64,000 bases of DNA, taken from positions 13,392 through 77,391 of the forward strand of contig CAZENT010000004.1 of assembly GCA_964513845.1 (NCBI GenBank). The letters run 5' to 3'. The notes under the pieces were generated by a model that had not been told where the DNA came from, made no database searches, and saw only the letters and a program-made list of their open reading frames with translations. Both the position numbers and the translations under genes were made by a program. The DNA is from an uncultured Pseudomonadales bacterium. Its GTDB lineage: Bacteria > Patescibacteriota > Microgenomatia > UBA1400 > MFAQ01. Below are positions 47,916 through 58,243 of the stretch, one piece after another (position 1 is the first letter of the stretch; the number at the start of each line of letters is the position of its first letter).

Positions 47916-49468
47916 AGAAATTTGGTTTAATCATTCTCTTTTTAGTTTTTCTGGTTTCAACCACCATTAAAATTATTTCCGTGAGTGGCAACAATTTTCC
48001 TTTCACCATGGATCAAGGCAGAGACATGGTGGACATTCGTCAAATGGTCGTTAGCCACACCCCAAGGCTCGTTGGTCCAACAACAAGTATCAACGGAGTT
48101 CTTCTAGGCCCTTTTTGGTACTACTTTCTTCTTCCCCCCTTTTTAGTTTCAGGAGGCAGTCCTCAAGTCGTCATGTACTGGCAAATTATTTGGTATCAGT
48201 TATCTGTTTTATTCCTTTGGTGGGTATTAAAAAAACTCAACAAAAACATTGCCTTTATTGCTGCTTTTTTACTACTACTATCTCCGACGGGATTTTATAC
48301 CGGCCGCTACTTCTGGAACGCAAACGCGATGCCATTGATGACCGCCTTTTACTTTGGTGTGCTACTTCTCACTATCAAAAAACCCTCAACCCTCAACCTA
48401 ATTCTTACTGGTTTGGTGGCCGGCTTATCAATGCAAATCGAAGCCGCCTTTGGTATTTTATTTTTCCCCTTTGCCTTTCTATATTTGGGAATATTAAATA
48501 AAAAGCTAAGATTTCTACTTCATCTCACATTCGGTTTTGTTATTACTCTCATTCCACAAGCCCTTTTTGAGTTAAGACATCAATTTATAATGACCAAAGT
48601 TTTCGTTTCGGAATTTTCCGGTAAAGCAGCCATTCTTGGTGAAAAAATGACGCTCGATAAAAGGCTTACAGAACGATGGGAGTCGTTAGTTGATCAAATC
48701 AAAAACCTAAGTCACATTCCTCAAAACTACATTTATTTAATTTTCTTTTTGAGTATATCTTTAATAATTTTTCAAATTATAAAAAGCAATAAAAAGACAA
48801 TTGGCGATAATGCTAGTTTTGTCTCAATTCTTTTTTTCGTTTTTTCTGCCATTTTCTACATTGTTTTTCCTCAACAGCTAAAACAATGGTACGTCCTTGG
48901 AATTTCAATTCCTCTCACTCTTATACTGGCCGGAGCCTTTGCCTATCTTTGGGAAACAAAAAATAAAATTAACAAAGTCATTGTCATCGGCATTTTGATA
49001 TTTCATTTTACAAATGCCATTTTTGCTCAAACAGATCACATCAAAAATAACGTTTTAAAACCTTCAAACGATCCAAGCAATCTTCGTAACTTGATCACCG
49101 TCATCGACACCGTGTACAAAGAAGCAAATGGAGGCGCTTTTAGAGCCTTCAACTATGTTCCTTCGGTATATGATTACTCGCTAAACTATCTTTACTGGTG
49201 GTACGGAACAAAAACCTATGGATATCAGCCATCTGAGGTGGCCTATCTGCCCAATCAGCCGGAGTATATACCCGGTACCAAACTGCACTGGACTAAAACA
49301 AAAAAAGCCTCAAACACAGATCCAACCATGTTAATTATCGAGACTGATAAAGGAAATCCCGCCAGAGAACAAGCTTGGTTGGGGAATTTCTCTAAACTTT
49401 GTTTAACTAAAGAGGTGAAATTTCCCTGGAACTCGGAGTTTAAGGTTCTTGGACTGTGTAAAAAATAA
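47912..49468 (+). CDS. GT-C membrane glycosyltransferase, ArnT/PMT_2-like (subfamily A1)
   Basis: TMDQGRDM, GPTTSINGVLLGPFWYY, GRYFWNANAMPL blocks colinear with the 28365 protein. Confidence 0.65.
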   Translation: MKKFGLIILFLVFLVSTTIKIISVSGNNFPFTMDQGRDMVDIRQMVVSHTPRLVGPTTSINGVLLGPFWYYFLLPPFLVSGGSPQVVMYWQIIWYQLSVLFLWWVLKKLNKNIAFIAAFLLLLSPTGFYTGRYFWNANAMPLMTAFYFGVLLLTIKKPSTLNLILTGLVAGLSMQIEAAFGILFFPFAFLYLGILNKKLRFLLHLTFGFVITLIPQALFELRHQFIMTKVFVSEFSGKAAILGEKMTLDKRLTERWESLVDQIKNLSHIPQNYIYLIFFLSISLIIFQIIKSNKKTIGDNASFVSILFFVFSAIFYIVFPQQLKQWYVLGISIPLTLILAGAFAYLWETKNKINKVIVIGILIFHFTNAIFAQTDHIKNNVLKPSNDPSNLRNLITVIDTVYKEANGGAFRAFNYVPSVYDYSLNYLYWWYGTKTYGYQPSEVAYLPNQPEYIPGTKLHWTKTKKASNTDPTMLIIETDKGNPAREQAWLGNFSKLCLTKEVKFPWNSEFKVLGLCKK

Positions 49469-49469
49469 T

Positions 49470-51737
49470 CTAAATTGCAGATTTATTTCGACCTCGCTTT
49501 TCGAAGACGAAGACACCTATCCACGCAATCAAACTTACGATACTGATCCACAATCCAACTCTAAACGAATTTGGCTTATATTCAAACACAACTTCACCTG
49601 TTTTTATTCCTCGAATATCCACAGTTCTGAACGGTTTGATATCTGACCCGATCTTAGTTTGTTTTCCGTTGATAGTTGCTATCCAGCCAGGATAATATGT
49701 GTCGGCCAAAAGTAATTTATCTCCATTAACATTATTAAACGACACAACCACTCTATTGTTTTCGTAATTTGTTATTGTTGCATTTCCCTCAGTATCATTT
49801 CCATCGATTTTTAATATTCTGGCTCTCTCTTTGTATTTTGAATTTAGCAGTACTGCAACTGCTGGGGTTTGAAATACCCGACTCCACTCTTTGTCATTAA
49901 TTTTGTAATTTATTAAATCTCCGGGAATTTTAGCTTCCTTGTCTCTTTTAATTACTAGTAAATACTTCACATTGTAATTTCCCAAAGCATCTGCGTCATA
50001 ATGGGATACTTCTGAATATCTAGATATTCCGGGATTTTTTTCTTGATTTAAATCCCGATTAAAAGATCTAACATAATCAGCCACCGCCATCGGATCATAG
50101 CCTGATGCACTTTGTAAACCATATGCTGCCCAAGTATTCGGTGGCAATATTTCCGCCCTTTCTCTTTCCACTCTATAAACAGACTTATCGTTTCTCAGAT
50201 ACTCAGTTGTACTTGTTTGTGGGTAAACAAACTCCGGTGAAGTAAGCGTAGTGTATTTCCAGCCAAATCTAAAAAGTTCTCCAACGGTAAGTAAAAGCAA
50301 CAGCCATTTGGTAAATGAATACTTTCTAAACAACAATAAAAATACAAATGCGCTCAAAGTCACGACAGGCAAGGCCATGTTTCTCATTCCCACAAACATA
50401 TCTATCGCATTGCTTGAGAGTTGTGAGATGTATTGTTCTTTCATAAATAGATATCTTGATCCAAATAAAATAAATCCAAAGATGACCAGTAGTGATATGC
50501 AGAATGCAAATGATTTAAAGAGTGCTTTTCTATCAAGCTTGTCCATCTCATTTACAAAATGTCCAGCCAAAACAGAAACTGCCAATGCATACACTAATCC
50601 TATTCTTCCGGCCACACTCGTTGATAATCCTGGGAAATGAAAAATATAAATTGATTTACCGATTGGTGTATCAAAACCGATTAATAAAGCCAAAATAGCC
50701 ATTACCAAAAAGAATTTTTCAAAACCCATTCTCTTCCAATTAAAAGAAAAATATACCAGAGCAATAAGTGACAAAATACCGGAGTAGTAAATGACATTTT
50801 CGTAATTAAAAGAACCCCAGTAATTATTTGTAATTGGATTACCAAAGAAGTCGGGCGCCAGTAAGGTTATAAATTGTTGAACTGGAGCCAGTCCGTAGTT
50901 AAAGGCTTGGATGTAGTTTTCACCAAATCTTATTCCTTGTGCTGTTAGCTCAATTGTTGGTAATAGCTGTATCGCACTTATTCCAAGACTCAGAACACCA
51001 GCAAAAGCAAATTTCGAAAAGTATTTTCGTAAATTATTTTTATGACGAAAAAAGAAATAACAAACGGCGATAATTGCCGTATAAAGTAATGCTTGAAAAT
51101 GTCCAGCTCCCACAATAAACAAAAACAAAATTGGCATCCAATAAAAATTCGCACTTTCAATTACCAGTATTACCAAAGGAATCCAAACCATCGCCTGTCC
51201 AACTGTGGCATACTCCATCCAGACAATAGGGAAACCTCCATAAGCATAGATTACAGCTCCGGTCAAACAAGCAATTGTTGAATATTTGTAGTGTTTGAGC
51301 AAGGCAAACATTGTCAAACTAGATCCGATTATTTGAGCCCACATCATTAATCCCCATCCTTTTACCATTCCAAAAATTAACGGAAAAATGTTTAATACAT
51401 TCAAAAAACCACTCTGAAAGTTCGCTAACAAAGGGTATCCTGAGTACATTGTTGGATTCCACAAAGGCCATTCAAAATTAGAAATTGCGCTCACCACCAT
51501 ACTTTTCCATATATATAGTTGTGAATAAACATCAGAAATAAGGGGATTTTTTACCGGCACTCCTACCACATAGCCCCATTTACTCTCCAGCCAAGGGTAA
51601 TATGCTCCAACTAACAAGTCTCCAGGGAAAGGAATTAATCCTTTAAGAAAAAACTTCCATAAAAAACTCAAGGAAATCGCCACCAAAACGATTATGGGGA
51701 GAACATTAATTATTTTATTTTTCACTCTAACCACCAT
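49470..51737 (-). CDS. YfhO-family membrane protein (GT-C glycosyltransferase)
   Basis: ~750 aa. N-terminal PGDLLVGAYYPWLESKWGY...NPLISDVYSQLYIWK and PLWNPTMYSGYPLLANFQSG blocks typical of YfhO. Start at MVVRVKNK (51737) preferred over upstream 51815, which would overlap the divergent GT2 gene. Confidence 0.65.
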   Translation of the reverse strand: MVVRVKNKIINVLPIIVLVAISLSFLWKFFLKGLIPFPGDLLVGAYYPWLESKWGYVVGVPVKNPLISDVYSQLYIWKSMVVSAISNFEWPLWNPTMYSGYPLLANFQSGFLNVLNIFPLIFGMVKGWGLMMWAQIIGSSLTMFALLKHYKYSTIACLTGAVIYAYGGFPIVWMEYATVGQAMVWIPLVILVIESANFYWMPILFLFIVGAGHFQALLYTAIIAVCYFFFRHKNNLRKYFSKFAFAGVLSLGISAIQLLPTIELTAQGIRFGENYIQAFNYGLAPVQQFITLLAPDFFGNPITNNYWGSFNYENVIYYSGILSLIALVYFSFNWKRMGFEKFFLVMAILALLIGFDTPIGKSIYIFHFPGLSTSVAGRIGLVYALAVSVLAGHFVNEMDKLDRKALFKSFAFCISLLVIFGFILFGSRYLFMKEQYISQLSSNAIDMFVGMRNMALPVVTLSAFVFLLLFRKYSFTKWLLLLLTVGELFRFGWKYTTLTSPEFVYPQTSTTEYLRNDKSVYRVERERAEILPPNTWAAYGLQSASGYDPMAVADYVRSFNRDLNQEKNPGISRYSEVSHYDADALGNYNVKYLLVIKRDKEAKIPGDLINYKINDKEWSRVFQTPAVAVLLNSKYKERARILKIDGNDTEGNATITNYENNRVVVSFNNVNGDKLLLADTYYPGWIATINGKQTKIGSDIKPFRTVDIRGIKTGEVVFEYKPNSFRVGLWISIVSLIAWIGVFVFEKRGRNKSAI

Positions 51738-51767
51738 TCTAACATTAAGATTGATATACTTAGAAAG

Positions 51768-52637
51768 ATGGACAAAAAGATTGATATCATCATTCCCAGC
51801 TTCAATGGCAAGCATTTGTTGGAAAAAAATCTTCCTGAAGTCTTTAGAAATTCTGATTTTTTAAACAAAGTTATTGTTATCGACAATGGCAGTACTGATG
51901 GCACTATTGCTTGGTTAGAAAAAACATACCCCGAAATCATCATTGTCAAAAATGACACCAATCTTGGTTTTACCAAACCAGTCAATCAGGGGGTTGCCCA
52001 ATCCAGTTCTGAATATATAGTTTTGCTGAATAACGACGTGCGTCCTGCCAAAGACTACCTCAAAAACACTCTTCAATATTTTGAAGACGAAAAGGTTTTT
52101 GCTGTTTCCTTCAATGAAAATGAATCTTCTTGGCCATTAGTAAAGTGGAACGGAAAAATCCAGTTCACTAGGGGAGAAGATAAAAGCGGCTCACGTCTCA
52201 CTGCTTGGGCTTCTGGAGGAAGCGCCATCTTTAAAAGAAAGATATGGGACAAGCTAGGTGGTTTCAACGAAATTTATGCCCCCTTTTACTGGGAAGATAT
52301 CGACATAGGATTCAGAGCGTGGAAGTCCGGATACAAGATCATTTGGGGCAAAGAATCTCAGGTGATTCATGATCACGAATCAACCGCCAAAAAAATTAAT
52401 CCTGCATATTTAAGCCTTATCAAGCAAAGAAACGAACTTCTTTTCAACTGGATAAACGTCACCGACTCGGATTTGGTTAAGCAACATCGTAATTTTTTAT
52501 TCCAGCACACCATTAAGCATCCTGGGTATTTCAAAGTTATTCTAGCTGCCTTTTTCCGTTCATTTTCAAACAAGCAAAAAACCAATTTTGTCAGAACCGA
52601 CGAAGAGGTTTTATCGTTGGTCAACCAAAAATTATGA
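51768..52637 (+). CDS. GT2 glycosyltransferase
   Basis: IDIIIPSFNG...VIVIDNGSTDGT...LLNNDV GT2 motifs. Confidence 0.75.
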   Translation: MDKKIDIIIPSFNGKHLLEKNLPEVFRNSDFLNKVIVIDNGSTDGTIAWLEKTYPEIIIVKNDTNLGFTKPVNQGVAQSSSEYIVLLNNDVRPAKDYLKNTLQYFEDEKVFAVSFNENESSWPLVKWNGKIQFTRGEDKSGSRLTAWASGGSAIFKRKIWDKLGGFNEIYAPFYWEDIDIGFRAWKSGYKIIWGKESQVIHDHESTAKKINPAYLSLIKQRNELLFNWINVTDSDLVKQHRNFLFQHTIKHPGYFKVILAAFFRSFSNKQKTNFVRTDEEVLSLVNQKL

Positions 52638-53458
52638 AACCAATTGATCTTTCAATCATCACTGTTGGCTATCGCTCCGAAGACACCATTGTTCCTTTTT
52701 TAGACTCCATTCAAAAATCAAAAGATGGTTTGTCCAAAGAAATCATCGTCGTCGACAACTATCCTTCAGATCGCAGTGCTCAGTTGGCTCGCAAACACCC
52801 TCTCAAGCCAAAAGTACTGGTCAACACTGAAAATGTTGGTTTTTCCAAGGCCATCAACTGGGGGATAAAGGAGTCAAAAGGCAAACAAATTCTTATCATC
52901 AACCCCGACACCAAGATCAAGGGGCTTGCCCTCAAGTATCTTTTTGATTTTGCCGAGGCGCATCCCGTACTCGGTGCGGTTGCGCCAAAGCTTCTATTTG
53001 ATAATGGTAAGGTTCAGCCTTCTGTTTTTAAGTTCCCCAATACCATCAATGCCATCAAACACTACTTTTTTGGCTGCAAAAAATGCTTTAACAAATACTA
53101 TCCCGGCAACAAAACTACCAAAGTTGATGTGGCCGTTATGGCTGTTTTTATGGTTCCTCGTGCCACCATTAATCAAGTCGGTGGTCTAGACGAACGTTTT
53201 TTCCTTTACTACGAAGATGTCGAGTACTGTCGTCGCCTTCATCAGTATCATCTTCCCGTTTATTACTATCCCAAAGCCGTTGTCATGCACGTTCACGGAG
53301 CAAGTGGTAGTTTCACCTCACACCTTAATAGTCCGCTTGCCAAGTCCGCCAAAATTTATCACGGTGTTCTAGGGTCAAATATTCTAAACTTTGTTCTCTG
53401 GGTCGGTCAAAAATGGCAAAAAATCATTCATAGAAAAAAAATAATAAATTTAAAATGA
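52634..53458 (+). CDS. GT2 glycosyltransferase
   Basis: LSIITVGYRS...IIVVDNYPSD...INPDT and YYEDVEY blocks. Confidence 0.75.
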   Translation: MKPIDLSIITVGYRSEDTIVPFLDSIQKSKDGLSKEIIVVDNYPSDRSAQLARKHPLKPKVLVNTENVGFSKAINWGIKESKGKQILIINPDTKIKGLALKYLFDFAEAHPVLGAVAPKLLFDNGKVQPSVFKFPNTINAIKHYFFGCKKCFNKYYPGNKTTKVDVAVMAVFMVPRATINQVGGLDERFFLYYEDVEYCRRLHQYHLPVYYYPKAVVMHVHGASGSFTSHLNSPLAKSAKIYHGVLGSNILNFVLWVGQKWQKIIHRKKIINLK

Positions 53459-54654
53459 AAAGTAAACTTTTTGGAATATTAATTGCTATCGCCTTATTTA
53501 TTAGGCTTCTCCTTAGTGTTACTACATATCATTCTGATCTTGGTGCCTTTGCTCTTGCCGGAAAATACATTGTTGGAGAAGGTAAGTGGCTTACTTTTTA
53601 TAATCAAATTGCCTCCAAAGATGAAGCGGGAAATTTAGTTGTTCATCGCAAGGATATGGTCTTTAATTATCAGCCCTTGGCTTACTTAATTCCATCATTT
53701 GTGTATTTACCTTTTTCTAGTGTTGTCAACAAAACAGGGGATTTATTGCTGAATCGCAATTGGGTTGCCTCGAATCCTTCTCCCATCAACCTTTCGTTGC
53801 TTCTGTACAAACTACCAATGATTCTTGCTGATATCTTTATTCTTTTCTTAATTCGTAAATTCTTTAAAAAAGAAAATCATAAAAAAATATCGATGCTTCT
53901 TTGGGCGTTTAATCCAGTCGCCATTTATGTCAGTTCAGTTATGGGACAGGTCGATATTATTATTGCCTTATTTATTCTTCTTGGTTTGTTTTATCTAAAA
54001 AACAACCAGCCTTTTCGTGCAATTATTTTTGTCGCTTTATCAGCATTAATAAAACCAGTTGGTCTGATTCTCATACCCATAATTGCTCTTGGTTATTTTT
54101 CAGAAACAAAGAAAATAATTAGCTCACTTTTATTAATTATTACAGGAGTCGGCGTTTATCTTTTTGGCATTATTCCGTACATTTTTTCTGCTTCTTATCG
54201 ACACTTTGCTCTCTTTGCAGAGCAGATTAATAAAAGTACATACGCATCAATTTCAATTGCCTCAGGGCACGACATTCCTTATTTCTTTATTCTGCTAGCG
54301 ATCGTCGCTTTGCTGGTATGGAAAAAAGAGATTTCTATTTTCGTCGGGATGGGGGTTGCTCTTTTGGCCAGTTTGGTTTTTACTCATTTTCATCCACAAT
54401 GGTTAGTTTGGATTATGCCCTGGTTAATAATCGAGTCGATAAAAAAGAATGATTACCTTGTGTATCTTGCTACCATTCTTTGCTGGTTTGGAGTTCTTTT
54501 TTCCTTTGATGAAACGCTTCACATCCAAACTTTCATTCATTCAAAACTAATTATTACCGACACAATCAAGAAATCGAGCTTCTATAAAGAAATAATTCAG
54601 ATATCAAGAGCCGGTCTTATCGGTATCTCGTTAATCTCCTTAAGAAAGCACTAA
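53455..54654 (+). CDS. Polytopic membrane protein, putative GT-C mannosyltransferase-like (GT87/DUF2029/PIG-M-like)
   Basis: ~10 TM. FNPVAIYVSSVMGQVDIIIALF and LIKPVGLILIP blocks reminiscent of DUF2029/GPI-mannosyltransferase families. Confidence 0.5.
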   Translation: MKSKLFGILIAIALFIRLLLSVTTYHSDLGAFALAGKYIVGEGKWLTFYNQIASKDEAGNLVVHRKDMVFNYQPLAYLIPSFVYLPFSSVVNKTGDLLLNRNWVASNPSPINLSLLLYKLPMILADIFILFLIRKFFKKENHKKISMLLWAFNPVAIYVSSVMGQVDIIIALFILLGLFYLKNNQPFRAIIFVALSALIKPVGLILIPIIALGYFSETKKIISSLLLIITGVGVYLFGIIPYIFSASYRHFALFAEQINKSTYASISIASGHDIPYFFILLAIVALLVWKKEISIFVGMGVALLASLVFTHFHPQWLVWIMPWLIIESIKKNDYLVYLATILCWFGVLFSFDETLHIQTFIHSKLIITDTIKKSSFYKEIIQISRAGLIGISLISLRKH

Positions 54655-56219
54655 GGTTTGTTGTCGTGACACACCTTGTCTGTTGAAACTCGATACTCGA
54701 GCAAGAAGTTGCCAAATTCTTTTGTATCTGTCACTTTCGAGAATACGTTTTCTTCCTTTTTATCCCCTTCGATTAGATTCCCCGGAAGGCCTCTTGTGGG
54801 TTCTCTCAATAAGAAACGAAGACAAGTAGTGCCGCTTTTGGGTACGGGCAGCTCTCCCGGGAAACCAAGGGCGTTTCCGTTTTCCCAGTATGGCAAGTAT
54901 CCGTATTTAGGTAGAGCATACTGATTAAGCAAATATGCCCAGACAGTTTGTATTTTGTATGGAACTCCGGTAAGTCTCACAGTAAAACCTCTACCATTTG
55001 CAGTTAAGTACATCGCATCAATTACTGCGTATTCATCAGATAATTTCATTCCGGTTTGAGTTATCATCTCAGCGATTAAACTATTTGGAGCTTGAAATTT
55101 AACCCTTTCTCCGTTTATTGCAAGGCAAAATGCTAACACTGCCACAACAATAATTTTTCCGACAATCCCTCTAATAGAGCAGATCATCGCCCCTACTGCA
55201 ATTATTAATCCCATGCCAATTCCGGCATTGGTGTAGTAGCCGGTATGGCCGCCAATCATCATTAAGAATATCCATGAAAAAATCCATACTGCCAACACTC
55301 TAAAATAATTATTTTTTATCGCCTTGTATAAAACCCATGACGAAACCAGCACTGCCACCACAGTGATTACAGTGTAGTTATTAAACAAACCAAAGAAATT
55401 ATCCTTATACATCGTCACGTATTTATCCCAATAAAGTTGGTACTTTGACTGCCCGGGGCTCATCACTCCAAAGCCTTCACTAAGCAAACGAAACACGGTT
55501 TTGATTTCACGAAAATCATATTTAATTTCTGCAATGACATAGCTTGAGAGCAATACTGCTCCGGTGCCAATTCCCAGAATCCAACTATTCTTGGATAATC
55601 TCTCGAGATTCTTTTTAAGAATCAAGAGCAAAGAGATCACAACTGCAAAATTGTATGCATACATCAGATTTAGCTGGGTCGCTGCGGCAGCTCCGCCAAA
55701 CATTAACACCAATGGCCAATTTTTATGCTTGGTATTTTTTGCCAGCATCAATCCGCCCAAATATATCAAAGGAATGAATATTGTTGCCAGTGATGGGTTC
55801 CCGACATACAGAGAGTACTGAGTCTCTTCATAAGAAACAGCATACAAAAAAGCCGCCACCAAACCCGTCTTCCCATTCACTATCAAACTTCCGATGGCAA
55901 ACACCAAAAATACTCCTAATGCATTGGCCACTCTAAAGAAAGCAGATACACCGTAGGGATCGCCATGAAATGCCAGATACACCGGCCCGGTCAAATACCA
56001 ATGAAGTGGTCCATGGAAAATTCCCATGTTTCCCGTTGCTGGCAATCCCTGAATCTTGATATTTCTATTCAAGTAAATATCTTGTGACTCGAAAGCATCT
56101 TTCGCTTGATCATATCCAAAATAAGCGCTTTCTCTAAAGGAATAAAATCGAAAAACCAGTGCCAGAATAAAAATCAATATCAACAAGAATATATTTAGCT
56201 TCTTCATCACCATAATCAT
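54651..56219 (-). CDS. GT-C membrane glycosyltransferase, ArnT/PMT_2-like (subfamily A1), minus strand
   Basis: FGYDQAKD acidic loop, GNMGIFHGPLHWYL, YVGNPS block colinear with the 28365/47912 proteins. Start may be a few codons downstream (MKKLNIF). Confidence 0.6.
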   Translation of the reverse strand: MIMVMKKLNIFLLILIFILALVFRFYSFRESAYFGYDQAKDAFESQDIYLNRNIKIQGLPATGNMGIFHGPLHWYLTGPVYLAFHGDPYGVSAFFRVANALGVFLVFAIGSLIVNGKTGLVAAFLYAVSYEETQYSLYVGNPSLATIFIPLIYLGGLMLAKNTKHKNWPLVLMFGGAAAATQLNLMYAYNFAVVISLLLILKKNLERLSKNSWILGIGTGAVLLSSYVIAEIKYDFREIKTVFRLLSEGFGVMSPGQSKYQLYWDKYVTMYKDNFFGLFNNYTVITVVAVLVSSWVLYKAIKNNYFRVLAVWIFSWIFLMMIGGHTGYYTNAGIGMGLIIAVGAMICSIRGIVGKIIVVAVLAFCLAINGERVKFQAPNSLIAEMITQTGMKLSDEYAVIDAMYLTANGRGFTVRLTGVPYKIQTVWAYLLNQYALPKYGYLPYWENGNALGFPGELPVPKSGTTCLRFLLREPTRGLPGNLIEGDKKEENVFSKVTDTKEFGNFLLEYRVSTDKVCHDNKP

Positions 56220-56248
56220 AACAAAAATGTATACAATAACACTATACT

Positions 56249-58243
56249 ATGATTATGTTCTTAATTAACTTAATTATTTTTCTTCTCATTGCTTTTCCGG
56301 GGCTCTATTTTATTGGGAGGCTGATAATTTCCAAAATCTCCTCACAAATTTCTCCTTTGGAAAAATTATTTCTCTCAATTATTTTTGGCATCGCCTTTGT
56401 TATTTTAGAAACCATCGTCACTGGTTTTTTAAAGATTCGTTTTTTAAGTCTTCCCTTAATTATTTCTCTTGTCTTAATCGGAATAATTAAATATCGTCAA
56501 GATTTTACTTCTTCAATATCAGCTCTTCTTAAATCCAAATCTCTTGTCTTCATGATTTTGTTAAGCATTGTCATCCTTGGCATGATGAACTTTCCTTCAG
56601 GAATTAAATCGTCCAATGGTCTAAATTTCTTCAGTTCTCAGGGTCACGATGGTCTGTGGCATGTCTCTTTGATGGAAGAGATCAAAGTCGCCTTTCCTCC
56701 CGCCCAGCCTCTTTATGCCGGTCATCCACTAAAAAACTATCACTTTATCAGTGATATTTTTATGGGTGAGTTTTACCGACTGGTTCCCTTTCTAAGCGCT
56801 CTCGATTTATACTTCCGTTTTTACCCAATACTGTTTGCGTTTTTAATTAGTCTTGGGGTTTATTGCTTTGTCTTCCGATTAAAGAACCATCAAGCAGCCC
56901 TCTGGGCCATGTTCTTTACTTCTTTTTGTGGCAGTTTTGGTTATGTCTACGCCATAATCAAGCATCAATTTATTTTTTCCGGTGAAACCACCTTTTGGGC
57001 CTCTCAGGGGAATACTATTCTTGGAAATCCACCTCACGCTTTGGGAATAATTTTACTAACAACAGTACTGCTTCTATTAACTCTCTTTCAAAAATTTAAA
57101 AACAAAAACTTCTTATATCTTTTATTGCTAATCTCCTTTTCTATGGCCGGTGTAAAAGCATCGTCCGGAGTCATCTGCGTTGCTGGTTTACTGGCAGTCG
57201 GTTTTCTAAGATTTGTTTTGGAAAAGAAAAAAGACCTTGGAATTATTGGTGTTCTTGTTGCAGCTGGGAATTTTTTGACCTTAAAAATTATCAGCCCAAC
57301 GGCCGAGTCATTTATTGTCTTCAATCCATTGTGGTTCCCTCACACCATGATGGTAGTCAGGTTGGATAACGTTGACTGGGAGCTCAGAAGACAGCACTAT
57401 GTTTCACTACATAACTTTAAGGCCTTTATTCATCTGATTCTTCACGAAGCTTACGCCATCCTAATTTTTATTGTTGGCAACACCGGTATGCGCCTTATTG
57501 GTTTGTATGAAGCAGTCAAGTTAAATTTCAAAAAAATATCCTACCCCTACATTTTTATGCAAACTGGAATTTTGGCTTCGCTCACCATAGTCTTGCTCTT
57601 TGTTCAAAATGGAATAACTTACAACCATATTCAATACATCCAAATTTATCTTCACTTCATGGGTATTTTTGCCGGAATAACTATGGCCATTATTATCGAA
57701 AAGTTTAAAAATGTTCGGACAAAAATAATATTTGCTGTTATCGTTATTGCTCTCGCAACCCCCACGGTAATTGGTAATCAATTTGATTTTTATGGTCCAG
57801 GGAAAAAGCCTCTTTCGTATGTCTCAAATCAAGAGTTGGATGCTCTAAATTGGATAAAAAATAACACCGACAAAGATGCCGTCATCTTTACCAAACCTTT
57901 TGATAAAAATGCACACTATGGTTTCACCAGCCACCCCTTACCCATCTCAGCCTGGTACTCCACCATGTATGTTCACAGCATTTCCACAAGAAGAACTTAT
58001 CTCACCGCAGAAGAACAGTTAGGTATCACTGGCTACAAGATTGAGGAAGACGTCAAAAACATGAAAAAATTTATGATGCAAGATGATATCGAGTATGACA
58101 AAAACTATTTAATCCAAAATAATATCGATTACCTATATTTTAGAAAAGATGAGCTCAAAAATCCCATTCTAGTTGACCAAATCGGCCTTTCAAGAGTTTA
58201 TGAAAATCAAGAGGTAATAATTTACAAAAATGAAAATAACTAA
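56249..58243 (+). CDS. Polytopic membrane protein of GHDxxxHLSL family (putative GT-C glycosyltransferase)
   Basis: QGHDGLWHVSLMEEIKVAFPP...PLKNYHFISDIFMGEF block. ~14 TM plus C-terminal soluble domain. Confidence 0.55.
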   Translation: MIMFLINLIIFLLIAFPGLYFIGRLIISKISSQISPLEKLFLSIIFGIAFVILETIVTGFLKIRFLSLPLIISLVLIGIIKYRQDFTSSISALLKSKSLVFMILLSIVILGMMNFPSGIKSSNGLNFFSSQGHDGLWHVSLMEEIKVAFPPAQPLYAGHPLKNYHFISDIFMGEFYRLVPFLSALDLYFRFYPILFAFLISLGVYCFVFRLKNHQAALWAMFFTSFCGSFGYVYAIIKHQFIFSGETTFWASQGNTILGNPPHALGIILLTTVLLLLTLFQKFKNKNFLYLLLLISFSMAGVKASSGVICVAGLLAVGFLRFVLEKKKDLGIIGVLVAAGNFLTLKIISPTAESFIVFNPLWFPHTMMVVRLDNVDWELRRQHYVSLHNFKAFIHLILHEAYAILIFIVGNTGMRLIGLYEAVKLNFKKISYPYIFMQTGILASLTIVLLFVQNGITYNHIQYIQIYLHFMGIFAGITMAIIIEKFKNVRTKIIFAVIVIALATPTVIGNQFDFYGPGKKPLSYVSNQELDALNWIKNNTDKDAVIFTKPFDKNAHYGFTSHPLPISAWYSTMYVHSISTRRTYLTAEEQLGITGYKIEEDVKNMKKFMMQDDIEYDKNYLIQNNIDYLYFRKDELKNPILVDQIGLSRVYENQEVIIYKNENN

